Under the pieces are notes generated by a model that saw only the letters and a program-made list of their open reading frames with translations, was not told the DNA's origin and did not search any database. Positions 36,900 to 51,669 of a stretch of DNA of 63,869 nucleotides are shown in pieces (position 1 is the first letter of the stretch; each line of letters starts with the position of its first letter). The stretch spans positions 8,198,311 to 8,262,179 of the forward strand of contig NC_068994.1 of the NCBI RefSeq assembly GCF_001194135.2. The letters are read 5' to 3'. The position numbers were made by a program, and so were the translations under genes. Origin of the DNA: Octopus bimaculoides (taxonomy: Eukaryota).

Positions 36900-38889
36900 T
36901 GTGTGTGTAGCGTCCTTGTTAATAAACTATCGCTCAAAAATTTTCCAAGATTTTCTTCCCGCTCCTTTTCCCAGTCGGTGCCTGTGCCCCATATGACTTC
37001 CACACAACATTCAGGTTAACCGTGATATTGCAAGTGTTTGTCCCCTGGTAATTAAAAGTTTAACTGGCTGTCCGCTGACGCAAATTCTTCTTAAAGCGAC
37101 ACTTTAGCAAAACTTGATGCAATTTGAGTACACACAAAAATGTTTAATAAGTGAAAATATCAAATTTGTCGGTTATCAATTCATCACTTTCAATTTGGTC
37201 ATGAAATAACTCAAATTATCAAAAAAATATCATTGATTAAATTATTTTTGTTATTTTTGTTTCTTTTTTAATTTTGTAGAGTGAAATTTGTAAATGTATA
37301 TCGAAGTGATTCCAAAGCTCCAAATAATTAAATAAATTTCCCTTTGAAATTCATTTAAAAGAAGCGTATAGGTTTCATTTTTCTAATAGAAAAATATATA
37401 CTTAATCAGTTTTCATGCTGAAGTTGAAATTTGGTACAAAATAAAATTGCTATTTAGCAATTTTCTATTAGTCACATTCCCAGTTATATATGTATCAATG
37501 TTATACTGTGTTATTTCTCTCGGCTCATTTTTTTTATTTTTTAATTATGCAAATTATCCTTGGTTATAATTGTTCTCTACTCTTTTTGCCAATGTGTCTA
37601 AATATTATGTCTGGCAGGAGTCAAGATGGAAAAACTACTGTTCTGAGAATGCCTGTTTTTAAAAAAAATTTTTTTTTTTATAAGTACATACTCACAGATC
37701 TCCTCTTGTGTCCAGAAAACACGCGGGCGCACACACACATAGACACACACATGTGTGACAGTGTATCTATGTATGCTCTTCTGAATGCGAGTAGCAGATT
37801 CATGCAAGCAAATACTACCTAAAGGAATCGTTCATGTGCGCAGACGTATTTAAATCGGGTAACACTTATTTTAAACTTAAATCAGGGTAGTTTGCAGAAA
37901 CATTTATAGACTAAATACTAAACTCTTTTAACCCTGGGTTGAAAGGAAACCTGTTTTGTTCCTGAAAACGACAAGAAATTTTCCTAGCATATTCATAGTT
38001 ATTATGGATAAATTGATGTACGGATAACGTTTTGTTCCATATATCACTTGAAGATATTCTTCAGAAACATAATATTTTATTACGAATATAAACATTGTTT
38101 TATTTTTTTTTTTGTGCAATTCCAGGTTATCGATGATCGATTATATATATAGTGGGTGCTTTATACCTATAATAAATTTCCCATCAAAATTTGAGCGTTA
38201 CAATTTGCATTTATGACGTGTGTTGTATATTAATTTTTACTTCGTGTTATGATGTTAGTATTACTTCCGTAACATATTTTGCTAAGTTGACTGGCTAGCA
38301 GGAGTGACAGAGACTAACATTTTGAACACGTGTCCTCTTTTGCCGAGAAAGCGAGAGAACGAGAAAGAGAGTCTACATTAGGTAGCAAAATTGTGAATGA
38401 GAAAAATAAGTTAAAGAAGTAACAGGAACGGAGTGAGGCGAAGAGAGAATGGTAAAAGCCAATGAGAGATGGTTTGTGAGTGGTGTGTGTGATGGAAGAA
38501 GAAACGTTGGGATATTCAAAGTTTGTATAACAGGAACCAGGTCAGGCGAAACGGTAAAGAGGTGATAAGAACCAGGTCACGTGAGGTGGGAGACAATGAG
38601 AATGCAAGGCAAAGGCTAGAGATAGGCTAAAGGACACACAGACAACAAACACAAACGCATACACAGCAAACAGGCTGAAAGACAGGATGCTGTGGGTAAG
38701 GGCATGATAGACTCATTTCGCAGAGAACTGAGTTGGCGTTGCAGAGAAGACCCATTCCTATCTATGGATATTTTTTGTTTATATTTTATACATAGAGTGA
38801 GTTTTCATCAACTAATTGCACGGATAACCTTAGTTGCTTAAAGTATTTCAAGCTTGTATTTAGTGTGTAGAACACGTCCCTGAGGAATT

Positions 38890-39172
38890 TTGACAGACAG
38901 ACAGACAGACAGACAGATAGACAGACAGACAGATAGATAGACTGATAGATAGACAGATAGGTAGATAGATAGATAGATACGTAGATAGACAGATAGATAG
39001 ACAGATAGGTAGATAGATAAACAGATAGGTAGACAGACAGAGAGATAGAGAGATATATCTATCTCTCTAAGACAGACAGACAAACAGACAGATAAATAGA
39101 TACACAGACAGATAGATAGACAGACAGATAGATAGATTGATAAATAGATAGATAGATAGATAGATAGATGGA
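38890..39172. repeat. (GATA)n/(GACA)n compound microsatellite
   Basis: Direct reading. Confidence 0.95.
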
Positions 39173-39867
39173 TGGATTGATTCTAGGCTTGACGCTTTCT
39201 CTATCCTTCATTGTTTCACTTTCATCTAACTTAGAGATTCTCACCATTCGTTGTTGGCTTACGTCACAATATATTGAGTCACGTTACTATTACCTGATTT
39301 ATTCAAGAGACACAGTTTTACTATCAACGTTTTCATTGCATCTTGGACAACCCTGAGTAAAAAATTCTTCATTCTTGGTGTCGGTGTCATTTCCTTACGC
39401 TTGTTTATTCATTTATTTTTTATTTACATTAATTTTTTTTTCTTTCTTTGTATTCTTTTCTTGCCACTTTTCTTGATAATACTAATAATGACTCAATTCC
39501 TGTCAAATTATATTTAGCAGCACGAAAATGGTGACAGGGCTATTCAAGGCTAGATGACGCATTAAAGAGTCAAAGTTGACCAAGAACGAACCCTATCAGC
39601 AAAATTCCATTTTCATAGCAGGAAATGTTATTTTTTTTTTCCTTCATTTTTTTTCTTCTCAAACATCAGCCAGACCAAAATCCTCTATTGTACCCGAAGT
39701 TAGACTCTTCTAGAGTTAGTCATTAGCTTATCCCAAATCTAACCAAAATAGTTATTTTTCCTTTGCATTTTCGTAACCCATGAATTCAAATAAGACTGTA
39801 GACTTTATGTGCGAGCATTTTAATGCTTATGTTATTTGGATTGTTATTTGGATTGACAGAATTAGCT

Positions 39868-40176
39868 GTTGTTGTTGGCACTCCGTCGCTTACGATGTCG
39901 AGGGTTCCAGTTGATCCGATCAACGGAACAGCCTGCTCATGAAATTAACGTGCAAGTGGCTGAGCACTCCACAGACACGTGTACCCTTAATGTAGTTCTC
40001 GGGGATATTCAGCGTGACACAGTGTGACAAGGCTGACCCTTTGAGTTACAGGCACAATAGAAACAGGAAGTAAGAGTGAAAGAAAGTTGTGGTGAAAGAG
40101 TACAGCAGGGTTCGCCACCATCCCCTGCCGGAGCCTCGTGGGGCTTTTGGTGTTTTCGCTCAATAAACACTCACAA
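39868..40176 (-). mobile_element. 3' end of a (CAA)n-tailed retroposon (RTE-clade LINE or RTE-dependent SINE)
   Basis: Minus strand ends ..GATCAACTGGAACCCTCGACATCGTAAGCGACGGAGTGCCAACAACAAC, a terminal stem-loop plus CAA tail. The 5' part is lost in the gap. Confidence 0.7.
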
Positions 40177-41153
40177 NNNNNNNNNNNNNNNNNNNNNNNN
40201 NNNNNNNNNNNNNNNNNNNNNNNNNNNNNNNNNNNNNNNNNNNNNNNNNNNNNNNNNNNNNNNNNNNNNNNNNNNNNNNNNNNNNNNNNNNNNNNNNNNN
40301 NNNNNNNNNNNNNNNNNNNNNNNNNNNNNNNNNNNNNNNNNNNNNNNNNNNNNNNNNNNNNNNNNNNNNNNNNNNNNNNNNNNNNNNNNNNNNNNNNNNN
40401 NNNNNNNNNNNNNNNNNNNNNNNNNNNNNNNNNNNNNNNNNNNNNNNNNNNNNNNNNNNNNNNNNNNNNNNNNNNNNNNNNNNNNNNNNNNNNNNNNNNN
40501 NNNNNNNNNNNNNNNNNNNNNNNNNNNNNNNNNNNNNNNNNNNNNNNNNNNNNNNNNNNNNNNNNNNNNNNNNNNNNNNNNNNNNNNNNNNNNNNNNNNN
40601 NNNNNNNNNNNNNNNNNNNNNNNNNNNNNNNNNNNNNNNNNNNNNNNNNNNNNNNNNNNNNNNNNNNNNNNNNNNNNNNNNNNNNNNNNNNNNNNNNNNN
40701 NNNNNNNNNNNNNNNNNNNNNNNNNNNNNNNNNNNNNNNNNNNNNNNNNNNNNNNNNNNNNNNNNNNNNNNNNNNNNNNNNNNNNNNNNNNNNNNNNNNN
40801 NNNNNNNNNNNNNNNNNNNNNNNNNNNNNNNNNNNNNNNNNNNNNNNNNNNNNNNNNNNNNNNNNNNNNNNNNNNNNNNNNNNNNNNNNNNNNNNNNNNN
40901 NNNNNNNNNNNNNNNNNNNNNNNNNNNNNNNNNNNNNNNNNNNNNNNNNNNNNNNNNNNNNNNNNNNNNNNNNNNNNNNNNNNNNNNNNNNNNNNNNNNN
41001 NNNNNNNNNNNNNNNNNNNNNNNNNNNNNNNNNNNNNNNNNNNNNNNNNNNNNNNNNNNNNNNNNNNNNNNNNNNNNNNNNNNNNNNNNNNNNNNNNNNN
41101 NNNNNNNNNNNNNNNNNNNNNNNNNNNNNTCTTAACAAGTACACAAACATACG

Positions 41154-41195
<42 letters not shown>

Positions 41196-41752
41196 ATCTT
41201 TATATAAATGCCTCTATGTTTATCTTTTCATTTTCTGTTTTTTTAAATTATTATTATTATTATTTTTTTTTTTTTTGCTTTTAACATGTCATCATATTTA
41301 GCGAAAGGGAAATAGCTTCTCTTATAAATTTCCAGTGTTTACAGAATAACACTTTGGAATTTATAATAAAAATTTTGCGACTAAGATAAAAATCAGTAAT
41401 TTACAACGAAGATTTATCCCGGGTGCTTTTCTTGATGTTCCATGCTGGCAAAAAGCAGAAAATTCGGTTAACTATACGCCATCTGTTGTTGTTATCTGCA
41501 AAACCGAACCATCTTCCTGGAAATAAACCTTGCAAAAAACTACCGGACCGTAATATAGTATTATGCTATGAAATAAATTGGTCAACAGATATTATACATT
41601 CGTCACTCAACAGAATTCATTCATCCGTTTAGGTATTTAGACAACATAGATTATGGAGGTGCACAGCGTGTAGAGAATAATTTTACCGCACACGTTTTTT
41701 TTCCCGTGTGAAGGCTATTGTCTAAGCACTTAAAAAAAATATGGCGTATAAT

Positions 41753-41943
41753 TTTGGAACGAGGCCAGTTGTTTTGGAAAGTGGAGTAAAACGTTTACAT
41801 CAACTCCAGTGCTCAACTGGTATTTATTTTATCGACACCCCACCCCAGGTAGGATGAAAGGCAAAGTCGATCTCGGCGGCATTTGAACAACTTAGAACAC
41901 AATGACGGACGAAATGCTGCTGAGTATGTCGTCTGGCATATTT
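41753..41943 (-). mobile_element. SINE-A, tail type 2
   Basis: CTCAACTGGTATTTATTTTATCGAC..GGATGAAAGGCAAAGTCGATCTCGGCGGCATTTGAAC. Confidence 0.8.
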
Positions 41944-42373
41944 ACGTCTGCTTAGGATTTCACAGTGAAAGCTTTAGAAACTATGAGAAGATTCACTGCT
42001 TGATAGTTTTCTATTGCACGCTCTATTCATTCTGGGTTCAAATTATGATATAAGAACAAGATATTTCTGTTTTCTTCATTTGCCTACTGATTAGATCGAA
42101 CATTTTCCGGTTTGCATTGAAGAAAGCTTTTCCAACTTTCGACATACTTCAGGAGAATGTAAACGAAAAAAAAAAAAAAACTCCAAAAAAACTGACATTC
42201 TCTTACNNNNNNNNNNNNNNNNNNNNNNNNNNNNNNNNNNNNNNNNNNNNNNNNNNNNNNNNNNNNNNNNNNNNNNNNNNNNNNNNNNNNNNNNNNNNNN
42301 NNNNNNNNNNNNNNNNNNNNNNNNNNNNNNNNNNNNNNNNNNNNNNNNNNNNNNNNNNNNNNNNNNNNNNNNN

Positions 42374-42420
<47 letters not shown>

Positions 42421-44283
42421 GGTGATGACACTGATGATAGTGCTGTTGAATTTGACGATGATCTAGACAGTGCCAAAAAAGTAAAAAAATAGAGAAAGAA
42501 AGAAAAGCAAAAGAAAATAACCAAATTCATGATTAGTAACCAGTGAAGACAATGACTTCAGCCATAATGTACCCCAGCATCGGACACATCCTTGCACGAG
42601 ACAAGAGAATCACAACTTTTCCTTGCCTGTTTATTCGACAAATTCCGTGCTCCCGAAGCCACACAAAAGTCGTGGAATTTCATCGTCTCAAATGTGCACA
42701 ACGTCCGCTATTGCATTAAGAGGTTTGCAGCATGATGGCCCGTGATGTTTCACCCATCAGTTATCAATTGCCGGCTATGATAATGACGATGCAATATTTC
42801 ACACAAGGGATGCAGTCACATAAAATTGGACAGATAATCACGATAACCCAACTACCATATCAATATTATTTGACCCTTAATTGGAGTTTTGAATTATGCA
42901 GATTAGCTCACTAGACAAATATACTAACTACACTTATGTAGTTTTTTTTCTCTTGTGTGAGAAAAAGCTACAGACACATCAGACTCCCTCTCTTGTTCTC
43001 ACACAATATGCTCAGTGGTAAGATAAATTTAAGCGAACTAAGCTTGTATTAAAATGCAGGAAAATTCCAAAGTGGTTAAAGGTCTCTCTTGACCTCACAG
43101 TACCATTTGTCTTGTATCCAGACCATAAAACATTATTCTAGATGTTTACACATTGTCATGGCTTATAGCATAACGGTATGTTACCATCTGCATCAGCTGT
43201 CCCCATTAGCCTGCTGTCGCCACCCAAAATGGAGGCCATGAAAATTATTTATTTCTTCTATGCCTCATTTGAATGATATCAAAACATACCGATAAATATA
43301 CACACACGTATTTTATATGCATATATACACATTATTGGACGGCTATTGTCTCCTTGAGTTTATCTGGAATTATTTTATATCCTGAGGTATCCTAAATTAT
43401 CCCCTTTATTAAACATGCTTCGTGAGATTGCCAGTTCAATCGGCGACGACCCAACAGTGCAGCAGAATGCACAAGGTTACATGTTACTTGTAGCGCTGTC
43501 AAGCCACCACACACACCCACATGTACAAATTGATTAATTGATGAGGCTGGACAAACAATCACGCACACTCCATCAAACACAGCTTTTCGTGAATCTGTAC
43601 TGCCAAAAACAAAGGAAGCCTTTACATGGTGATTCGACTTGCTAGACAAAATAACCCAACCAAATCTCTTTAAAAGATGCTTACACTCGTTTAAAAAAAA
43701 AAAAGAAAGGATACATTGCGCAATGTTGTTTCACAGATACAACAACGGATGAGATGATCACGGCCAGAACGCTTTTACAACATGTGGTCAGGACTGAGCT
43801 AGAAGGAACAGCAGCAGCAACAACAAAAACAATCACATCTTTAATAAAAAAAGATCCTTATAGCATTTTTTCCCTGTGTGTGTGTGTGTGTGTGTGTGCC
43901 ATACATAGCGTAAATACTTTATTAATAGAGAACTAATTTAGATTTATAATTTGATGAATTGATTGCTTGCTGACTTACAATTATGAGATTTTAATCATGT
44001 CAAGTTTTTCTTTAAGGTTCATTAATTCCAAGGATAATTAAATATACACAACTAGTCTAATTAAATAAGCACGGTGTGGTAATAAAGTATTAAAAAAAAA
44101 AGAAACTATAATAAAATAAAAAACTAAAAACATACATATAGAATGTTCTAATTCAGAGCTTTCGATTGGCTGACAACTCTTTCTCCATCGGGTCTGCAAT
44201 CATCACAGCTCATCAGTTATTTTATTTATTTTATGTGTGTGAATGTGTGTGTGTGTGTGTGTGCATGTGTGTGTGTGTGCGTG

Positions 44284-44320
<37 letters not shown>

Positions 44321-45085
44321 ATGTGTGTGTTTGTATGTGAAGAACAGCAATATAGTCTAATTGATAAGATAATAAATATCGCTGCAAATAGATTTGGCAG
44401 ACTAAAGAAATTATATGGGAATTCTGTTAAGTGAATGTATCATATGTAAAGTGAATTCAGTAATTAGACAGCAATATATCTGAGGAGGCAAGACGGCACA
44501 GTAATGCAGTTTATTAATTTATAGCAAAAGGGAATTTGGCAGACTGAGATCATAAAAGAAAATGCATAGCCAAACCATCACACATACAGAATTAAATACC
44601 ATTTGGATACATACGTGTATGTGTATATATATATATACAATATAATATAATATATATATATATATACATTAGCGTTTAGATAATTGTATGTTTTCTCTTT
44701 TCTTTTTCTTTTGCTTGAGGGTGGACATGAATATAATTCACAAGGAAATTAAAAATGACATTGGAGAGTTAAAACAAGCGCAGCACCGTATTGTATCACA
44801 GTTAAACGCTGACGATAACCAGAGAAGAATCTGGCTTAGTTAAGACAACCAATAAACCCGAGTGTTTACATCCGTTGTGCCTGGAGACAGAAACTGGAGT
44901 TGGGTCAATTCGCCCACATCAAGTTCATCATTCTCAATCATATTTCAAAATGTCCTTTTTATGGTATTTTTTTGCTGAATTACTTTCACTAAATTTATGC
45001 CATTCTTTGAAAGAAACTTGAAGAATTCGCTTCAGCATAAGTGTTAAATTGGAGAAGTTCCAGTACAGAACGTTTTGCAAATTAT

Positions 45086-45495
45086 CCATAAAAGAAAATC
45101 TATATATTTTTTTTTTTTACGATTGGTCATAAAAAAACGGACGCCTACAAACCAACGAGGGAGCATTTACGTGGTCACTCGACCTTCTAGAAATAGCAGC
45201 CAAATGTTCCTTAAATCACAACTTATTTCTTAAAAGAAATAATAGTTACATTGGATAATGTAATCCCAGAAAAATAAGACGAAATACTCATTCCATAAAA
45301 GAAAATCTATTTTTGTTTTACGATTGGTCATAAAAACACGGACGCCTACAAACCAACGAGGGAGCATTTACGTGGTCACTCGACCTTCTAGAAATAGCAG
45401 CCAAATGTTCCTTAAATCACAACTTATTTCTTAAAAGAAATAATAGTTACATTGGATAATGTAATCCCAGAAAAATAAGACGAAATACTCATTCC
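45086..45495. repeat. Near-perfect ~205-bp tandem duplication
   Basis: Units 45086-45292 and 45293-45493 differ mainly in a T-rich stretch near their start. Confidence 0.9.
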
Positions 45496-45847
45496 TGAAA
45501 TACTTTTCGTCATAGGTTTACTTCGTCTGAACTGACCTGTGGCAGCGGCAGCGGAGGCTACAAACTGTGAGCCGTGTATTTTGATAGTAACGTTTATAGG
45601 ATGATATGTCAAAATACAGCATTGCATTTCTCTTTTGAAATATTTCGGGTTATATTAACAGCATGTTTTGATATTCATATCTGTTTCGGTGTTAAAAAGT
45701 AATATGAGAGATTAAAGAATTATCGTCAGCCAGCACCATCTGAGACACGAGTTACCTAACGTATGATAGATAGCTTTTGACTGGATGACGCTAAATCAAT
45801 TGATATAGTGCCCTGGCAGTGAGAGCTAGTTTAAGTTACAGCTGCAT

Positions 45848-45917
<70 letters not shown>

Positions 45918-46189
45918 NNNNNNNNNNNNNNNNNNNNNNNNNNNNNNNNNNNNNNNNNNNNNNNNNNNNNNNNNNNNNNNNNNNNNNNNNNNNNNNNNNN
46001 NNNNNNNNNNNNNNNNNNNNNNNNNNNNNNNNNNNNNNNNNNNNNNNNNNNNNNNNNNNNNNNNNNNNNNNNNNNNNNNNNNNNNNNNNNNNNNNNNNNN
46101 NNNNNNNNNNNNNNNNNNNNNNNNNNATACGTTGAGAAAAAAAGCAAAAATAGGGAAAGTTAGGGAGTTTCCACACATTCTGTCTGGAA

Positions 46190-46457
46190 AATAAATAAAT
46201 AAATAAATAAATGCGCCCTTTTAAAGCCTAGCCAGGCTCATGGGCCCGGTTTCCCGGTTTCAATGGCGTATGTGTTCCCCAGCTGGACAGGACGCCAGTC
46301 CATCGCAGCGTGACTCATTTTTGCCAGCTGAGTGGACTGGAGCAACGTGAAATGAAGTGTTTTGCTCAAGAACACAACGCGTCGCCCGGTCTAGGAATCG
46401 AAACCACAACCTTACGATCATGATGCTGACACCCTAACCACTAAGCCACGTGCCTCC
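46190..46457 (-). mobile_element. SINE family C (tRNA-derived, CORE-like), full length
   Basis: Sense GGAGGCACGTGGCTTAGTGGTTAGGGTG (A box)..GGTTTCGATTCC (B box)..GTGTTCTTGAGCAAAACACTT, with a (TTTA)n tail. Confidence 0.85.
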
Positions 46458-48133
46458 ACGTCTGGAAAAATATGTATTATGTAATTTATGACGTAATAAG
46501 TCTAGTTGTTGAAATTATAGAATATACAGGATGAGCAGAGTTAGGATGTGACAAACAAATTTAAGTAGAGTAGCAGAAGAAATGTCTAGTTGCTATAGAA
46601 ATGAAGACACTGGTTTGGTTTGCTGAAGGATTATAGCACACGAACGTCCGATTCTGTTTTTAATAAAGTTCTACTTCGAAAGCCTCTCACAATGCCTACC
46701 TATATCCTATCACTAGCAATCTGTAGATTTCGCTACAGAAATTTGTGGTTGCTTGTTATATAAGCAGCGGCTGAAGTTCGTGACATAATAGACAACCTTT
46801 AACAGATCAAGTAAACTGTTTTACTTATTCTTGGCTGAACGTATCTCACAAAATGTATTTAGTTACCAGCAATACGTGTATTCTGACATATTAAGTGGTA
46901 TTTATTGGTATCTAACTAACTTTAGTAAGGCATTTAGACTAGTGTAGTAACAGAAATTGATCCGACTGTTAACCTCATTTTTATGTCTACGTCTACATTT
47001 TGTTTTGATCAGCATATCACAAGCCCTCATCATGTGCCACATAAATAGTAGCGGCTCTGTAGTAATAATAAATTGGTTACGCTATTAACCTTCTTTTATT
47101 TTGTGCCTAACTACGCTACAAAAAAATAAAAGGTAATTTTAATAGTACGATCTCTATGTGCTATGCTAAAAGTTTTAGAATCTGATGATAAAAATTTGCC
47201 GGTTGTTTGCAGTAGGGGATAGAATTTTACCTATCAAAGGAGATTTGTTAAATCAATTTAGTTAATAATACAGCGCTAATGTTAATGGGTGGTATTGACT
47301 GTGGCCAAATGCTATAATCGTTTAGATGCCAATATGGAATTTGATAGATACAACACACTTTTTTACACTGACTTTACTATTAAAAAGAAATTATTGTAAT
47401 TGAACCGATGTTATTTCTATTCAACTGAACATTTAACACATGGCAGAACAGTTCTCAAACATCAGGTATTTTGCTCAAGATCGTAGGGGTCTGTCAACAA
47501 CAACATTTTTATTTCTTGTCTAAACAACTAATATGCTGTTTGAAGGGTGACATCCGTTCTCTATCTTTTTAAATTTTTTTTTTCTTTTTTTTACTATAAA
47601 ATATAAAATCTCATGAATTAACGGGACGAAAGCTAGATGTAATATGAACGTTTTTAGAGTGTTACTTGTTGAAAAAGATGTAATGGAAAACGCGAGAGAA
47701 TATCTTGCAAATAAATATCTTGCAAATAAAGCTGAACGGAAATAGTATAATACGAAGTACAATTAGCAGTAAGCCTAGAGAAAAATAGCAAAAAAGCAAA
47801 AAGCAGTTTTTCTTTATTTCTGATATTGATTGATGAAACATAAATAGCACCAAATAACAGGACATCAGTGGGATTTCTGGCGGCACTGAAGTTGAATGAG
47901 ATGAAAATAGGAGAAAAACACGATATTTTGGACGAGAGAACCAGTATGTTGTCATTCTTGTAAAATTATTTTAGAGAAAGGATTTGTAGATACTGCGATG
48001 GATGCATTCAAATGCATAATGGTAAAGCTCCATNNNNNNNNNNNNNNNNNNNNNNNNNNNNNNNNNNNNNNNNNNNNNNNNNNNNNNNNNNNNNNNNNNN
48101 NNNNNNNNNNNNNNNNNNNNNNNNNNNNNNNNN

Positions 48134-48183
48134 ATCAACTGGAACCCTCGTCGTCGTAAGCGACGGAGTGCCAACATCAACAA
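48134..48183 (+). mobile_element. 3' terminus of the same (CAA)n-tailed retroposon
   Basis: ATCAACTGGAACCCTCGTCGTCGTAAGCGACGGAGTGCCAACATCAACAA directly after a gap. Confidence 0.75.
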
Positions 48184-48896
48184 AGAAAAGAACACTGATG
48201 ATTTTTGAAATAAACATATACACACAGTCTCATGCGTTTAAAGCATATACACACACACACATACACTTAGAGTAATCATACGTTCTTATACTAAAGACGT
48301 TAGTATACCGGGTTACATCAATTCAACTACAATTACCCAAACACTCACATTTATGAATACAATATTTCCCCTCAAATGTTCACGAACGGCTGGGACTGTT
48401 TTGAACCAAATAAAGACGCTTTGTCACTTTGTTAGCGACCGATTTGAAATCTGCCGAAAACTTAAATCTCAATTGAAAATAAACGCGTAGACACACAGAG
48501 AAAAAAAAAACCCTCATCTATTTTTATACAATTATAAACGTGTATACGTGCATTCAAATATATATATATATATATACATATATATATAGATAGATAGATA
48601 TGTGTGTATGTGTGAGTGTGTGTATGTGTGAGTGTGTGTATGTGTGAGTGTGTGTATGTGTGAGTGTGTGTATGTATATATATGTGTGTGTGTGTGTTTG
48701 TGTGGGTGTGTGTATCACATGTTTGCGTGTGTATAATGGCGATGTGTGTGTGTGTGTGTGTGTCGTCAATCAATTATGATGAACATGGTTGTTTACTCAC
48801 GTTTCTGGCATTAAAAACCCCCACTGAATACCTAAGTACACAAGACACACACATTCGTATATATCTATGCAAATATAACACGAGTGTGTGTATATA

Positions 48897-48958
<62 letters not shown>

Positions 48959-49315
48959 AAGACATACAGAGAGATTTTGTATGTAATGTGTGGGTAGGAG
49001 ATAGCAAGGTGAGCACAAACTTGACTAAGTAAACTAAAACTTTATGCACACATACACGTACAAAGGCATTCTCTCTCTCTCTCACACAGACACACACACA
49101 CGTCACACTAAATATAACAAACTTCAGGCAACTACAATCATACGGTAACATGAAAATCAGAAAAATAGAATCGTAAAGATCAGACATTCATGTTAACAAA
49201 CACAAACATTTCATCTTCAATACCTGATCCCATTTTGATTCCCACATTCCGTGTCATTTTTTCTTCTTCCCTAATGTCACCAACGTTTCTTGTGTGTGCG
49301 TGCGTGCGTGCGTGC

Positions 49316-49357
<42 letters not shown>

Positions 49358-50046
49358 NNNNNNNNNNNNNNNNNNNNNNNNNNNNNNNNNNNNNNNNNNN
49401 NNNNNNNNNNNNNNNNNNNNNNNNNNNNNNNNNNNNNNNNNNNNNNNNNNNNNNNNNNNNNNNNNNNNNNNNNNNNNNNNNNNNNNNNNNNNNNNNNNNN
49501 NNNNNNNNNNNNNNNNNNNNNNNNNNNNNNNNNNNNNNNNNNNNNNNNNNNNNNNNNNNNNNNNNNNNNNNNNNNNNNNNNNNNNNNNNNNNNNNNNNNN
49601 NNNNNNNNNNNNNNNNNNNNNNNNNNNNNNNNNNNNNNNNNNNNNNNNNNNNNNNNNNNNNNNNNNNNNNNNNNNNNNNNNNNNNNNNNNNNNNNNNNNN
49701 NNNNNNNNNNNNNNNNNNNNNNNNNNNNNNNNNNNNNNNNNNNNNNNNNNNNNNNNNNNNNNNNNNNNNNNNNNNNNNNNNNNNNNNNNNNNNNNNNNNN
49801 NNNNNNNNNNNNNNNNNNNNNNNNNNNNNNNNNNNNNNNNNNNNNNNNNNNNNNNNNNNNNNNNNNNNNNNNNNNNNNNNNNNNNNNNNNNNNNNNNNNN
49901 NNNNNNNNNNNNNNNNNNNNNNNNNNNNNNNNNNNNNNNNNNNNNNNNNNNNNNNNNNNNNNNNNNNNNNNNNNNNNNNNNNNNNNNNNNNNNNNNNNNN
50001 NNNNNNNNNNNNNNNNNNNNNNNNNNNNNNNNNNNNNNNNNNNNNN

Positions 50047-50129
<83 letters not shown>

Positions 50130-51113
50130 GTCGAGGGGGAGTTGTTTACTATTTCGAGAAACTCGTGTGACCACGTTGAATGATTGCAAAAATATTTAAT
50201 TGAATATTTAATTTTTCATAGTATGCAATCTGAAATAGCAACAGCCTGAAATCGAACTCTGTTCACGGGGTTCGTAAATCGCAAATATAACGTATTACAT
50301 AACTAAATCTGCTTGCTCTTCAATGTCCTTCCGTCCCAGTTTGGTTACTTTTCATTATACAAAAATACTTTATACATCTTAGAGGAGAACCGCAAGGAAT
50401 TACACTATCCTCGTTTTCTTCCCCCAGGAGCATAGCTAAGATTACATAACATATTTGTGAATTGGTCTCATCCTACAATTGAGAGATTGACTGACAACAC
50501 ATCAAAAGCTGATATCATTCTTAGTTTTAGTTGAACTGCTTTTGGTCTTGGCTACAAAACACTATTACAGCCGTCTAAGATGCAATAAAGGCATTCTGGA
50601 ACGCAGATGGGAAGGTAAGCGCATAGTCTACGTCCCATCCATCTGACACTATGTATTTCGATCTTTCTAGTCACGAATAGACCACCAAATCTGTAAATGG
50701 ATGTCTCAGAAGATTTTGTGCGGTAGGTTGAATGTTTGTTTATTTGTTTATTTTTTTCTTGTGTTTAACTGTAACGAATTTCATCGTCCTACAGTATACA
50801 CGCACACATATATACATACACACACACACACACACACACACACTTTATAATTTCGTACATAGCTATATAGCTCGACATCCACTCGCACACACTTGTATGC
50901 TTGTATATCTAAGTGTGTGTATGTGTGACAGGAAAAGAGGAAAAACGAATGTGTATGTTTGTGTGAGTAAATCATAGTATACAGTATTATAGCTCCATTT
51001 CAGCAGATCTTGGCAATCGGTTTTGCACCGGGTGTTAGATAACTTAAAGTAGATCTTCCTCAGAGATGGTAGGTATAGAGAATATATATACATACATATA
51101 TATATACATATAT

Positions 51114-51255
<142 letters not shown>

Positions 51256-51628
51256 ATTCTTATATAGATATGATGGTGGTACTGCAGCTTATCCTTGTCC
51301 CTGATTACAAAAACCAAACCCGAAGAACGAAAAAAACAAGCTACATGCAGTGGCTATGCAAACTTGACTATGTTGAACAACCGGAGGCCGTTAAATCCTT
51401 TCTGCAAAAATAGGGGTAGCTTATCCTGTTCAGGCTATATCATTAGCATTATCCTGCGTTTGAGAGTTTAATACATCACTTCATTAACTTTCTAAGACAT
51501 CTCAACGCTTCTAAAAGCAAACTTCGTCTGTTTGTTTACGTTCATCATGATTTGAATTTAACGTATGATAGCGTCTCATAAAGCGAGTTTTCTATACACC
51601 TTACATCTACTTCTATTCATATAGCGTA

Positions 51629-51669
<41 letters not shown>

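Noticed and set aside
38030-38070. Minus-strand CTGAAGA followed by an ATATC/GATAT stem
   Set aside because: It is not followed by GAAA and has no stem III or stem I.
42419-42480. Acidic reading GDDTDDSAVEFDDDLDSAKK
   Set aside because: It is a decayed (GAT)n-type repeat next to (CA)n and lacks a polypyrimidine acceptor.
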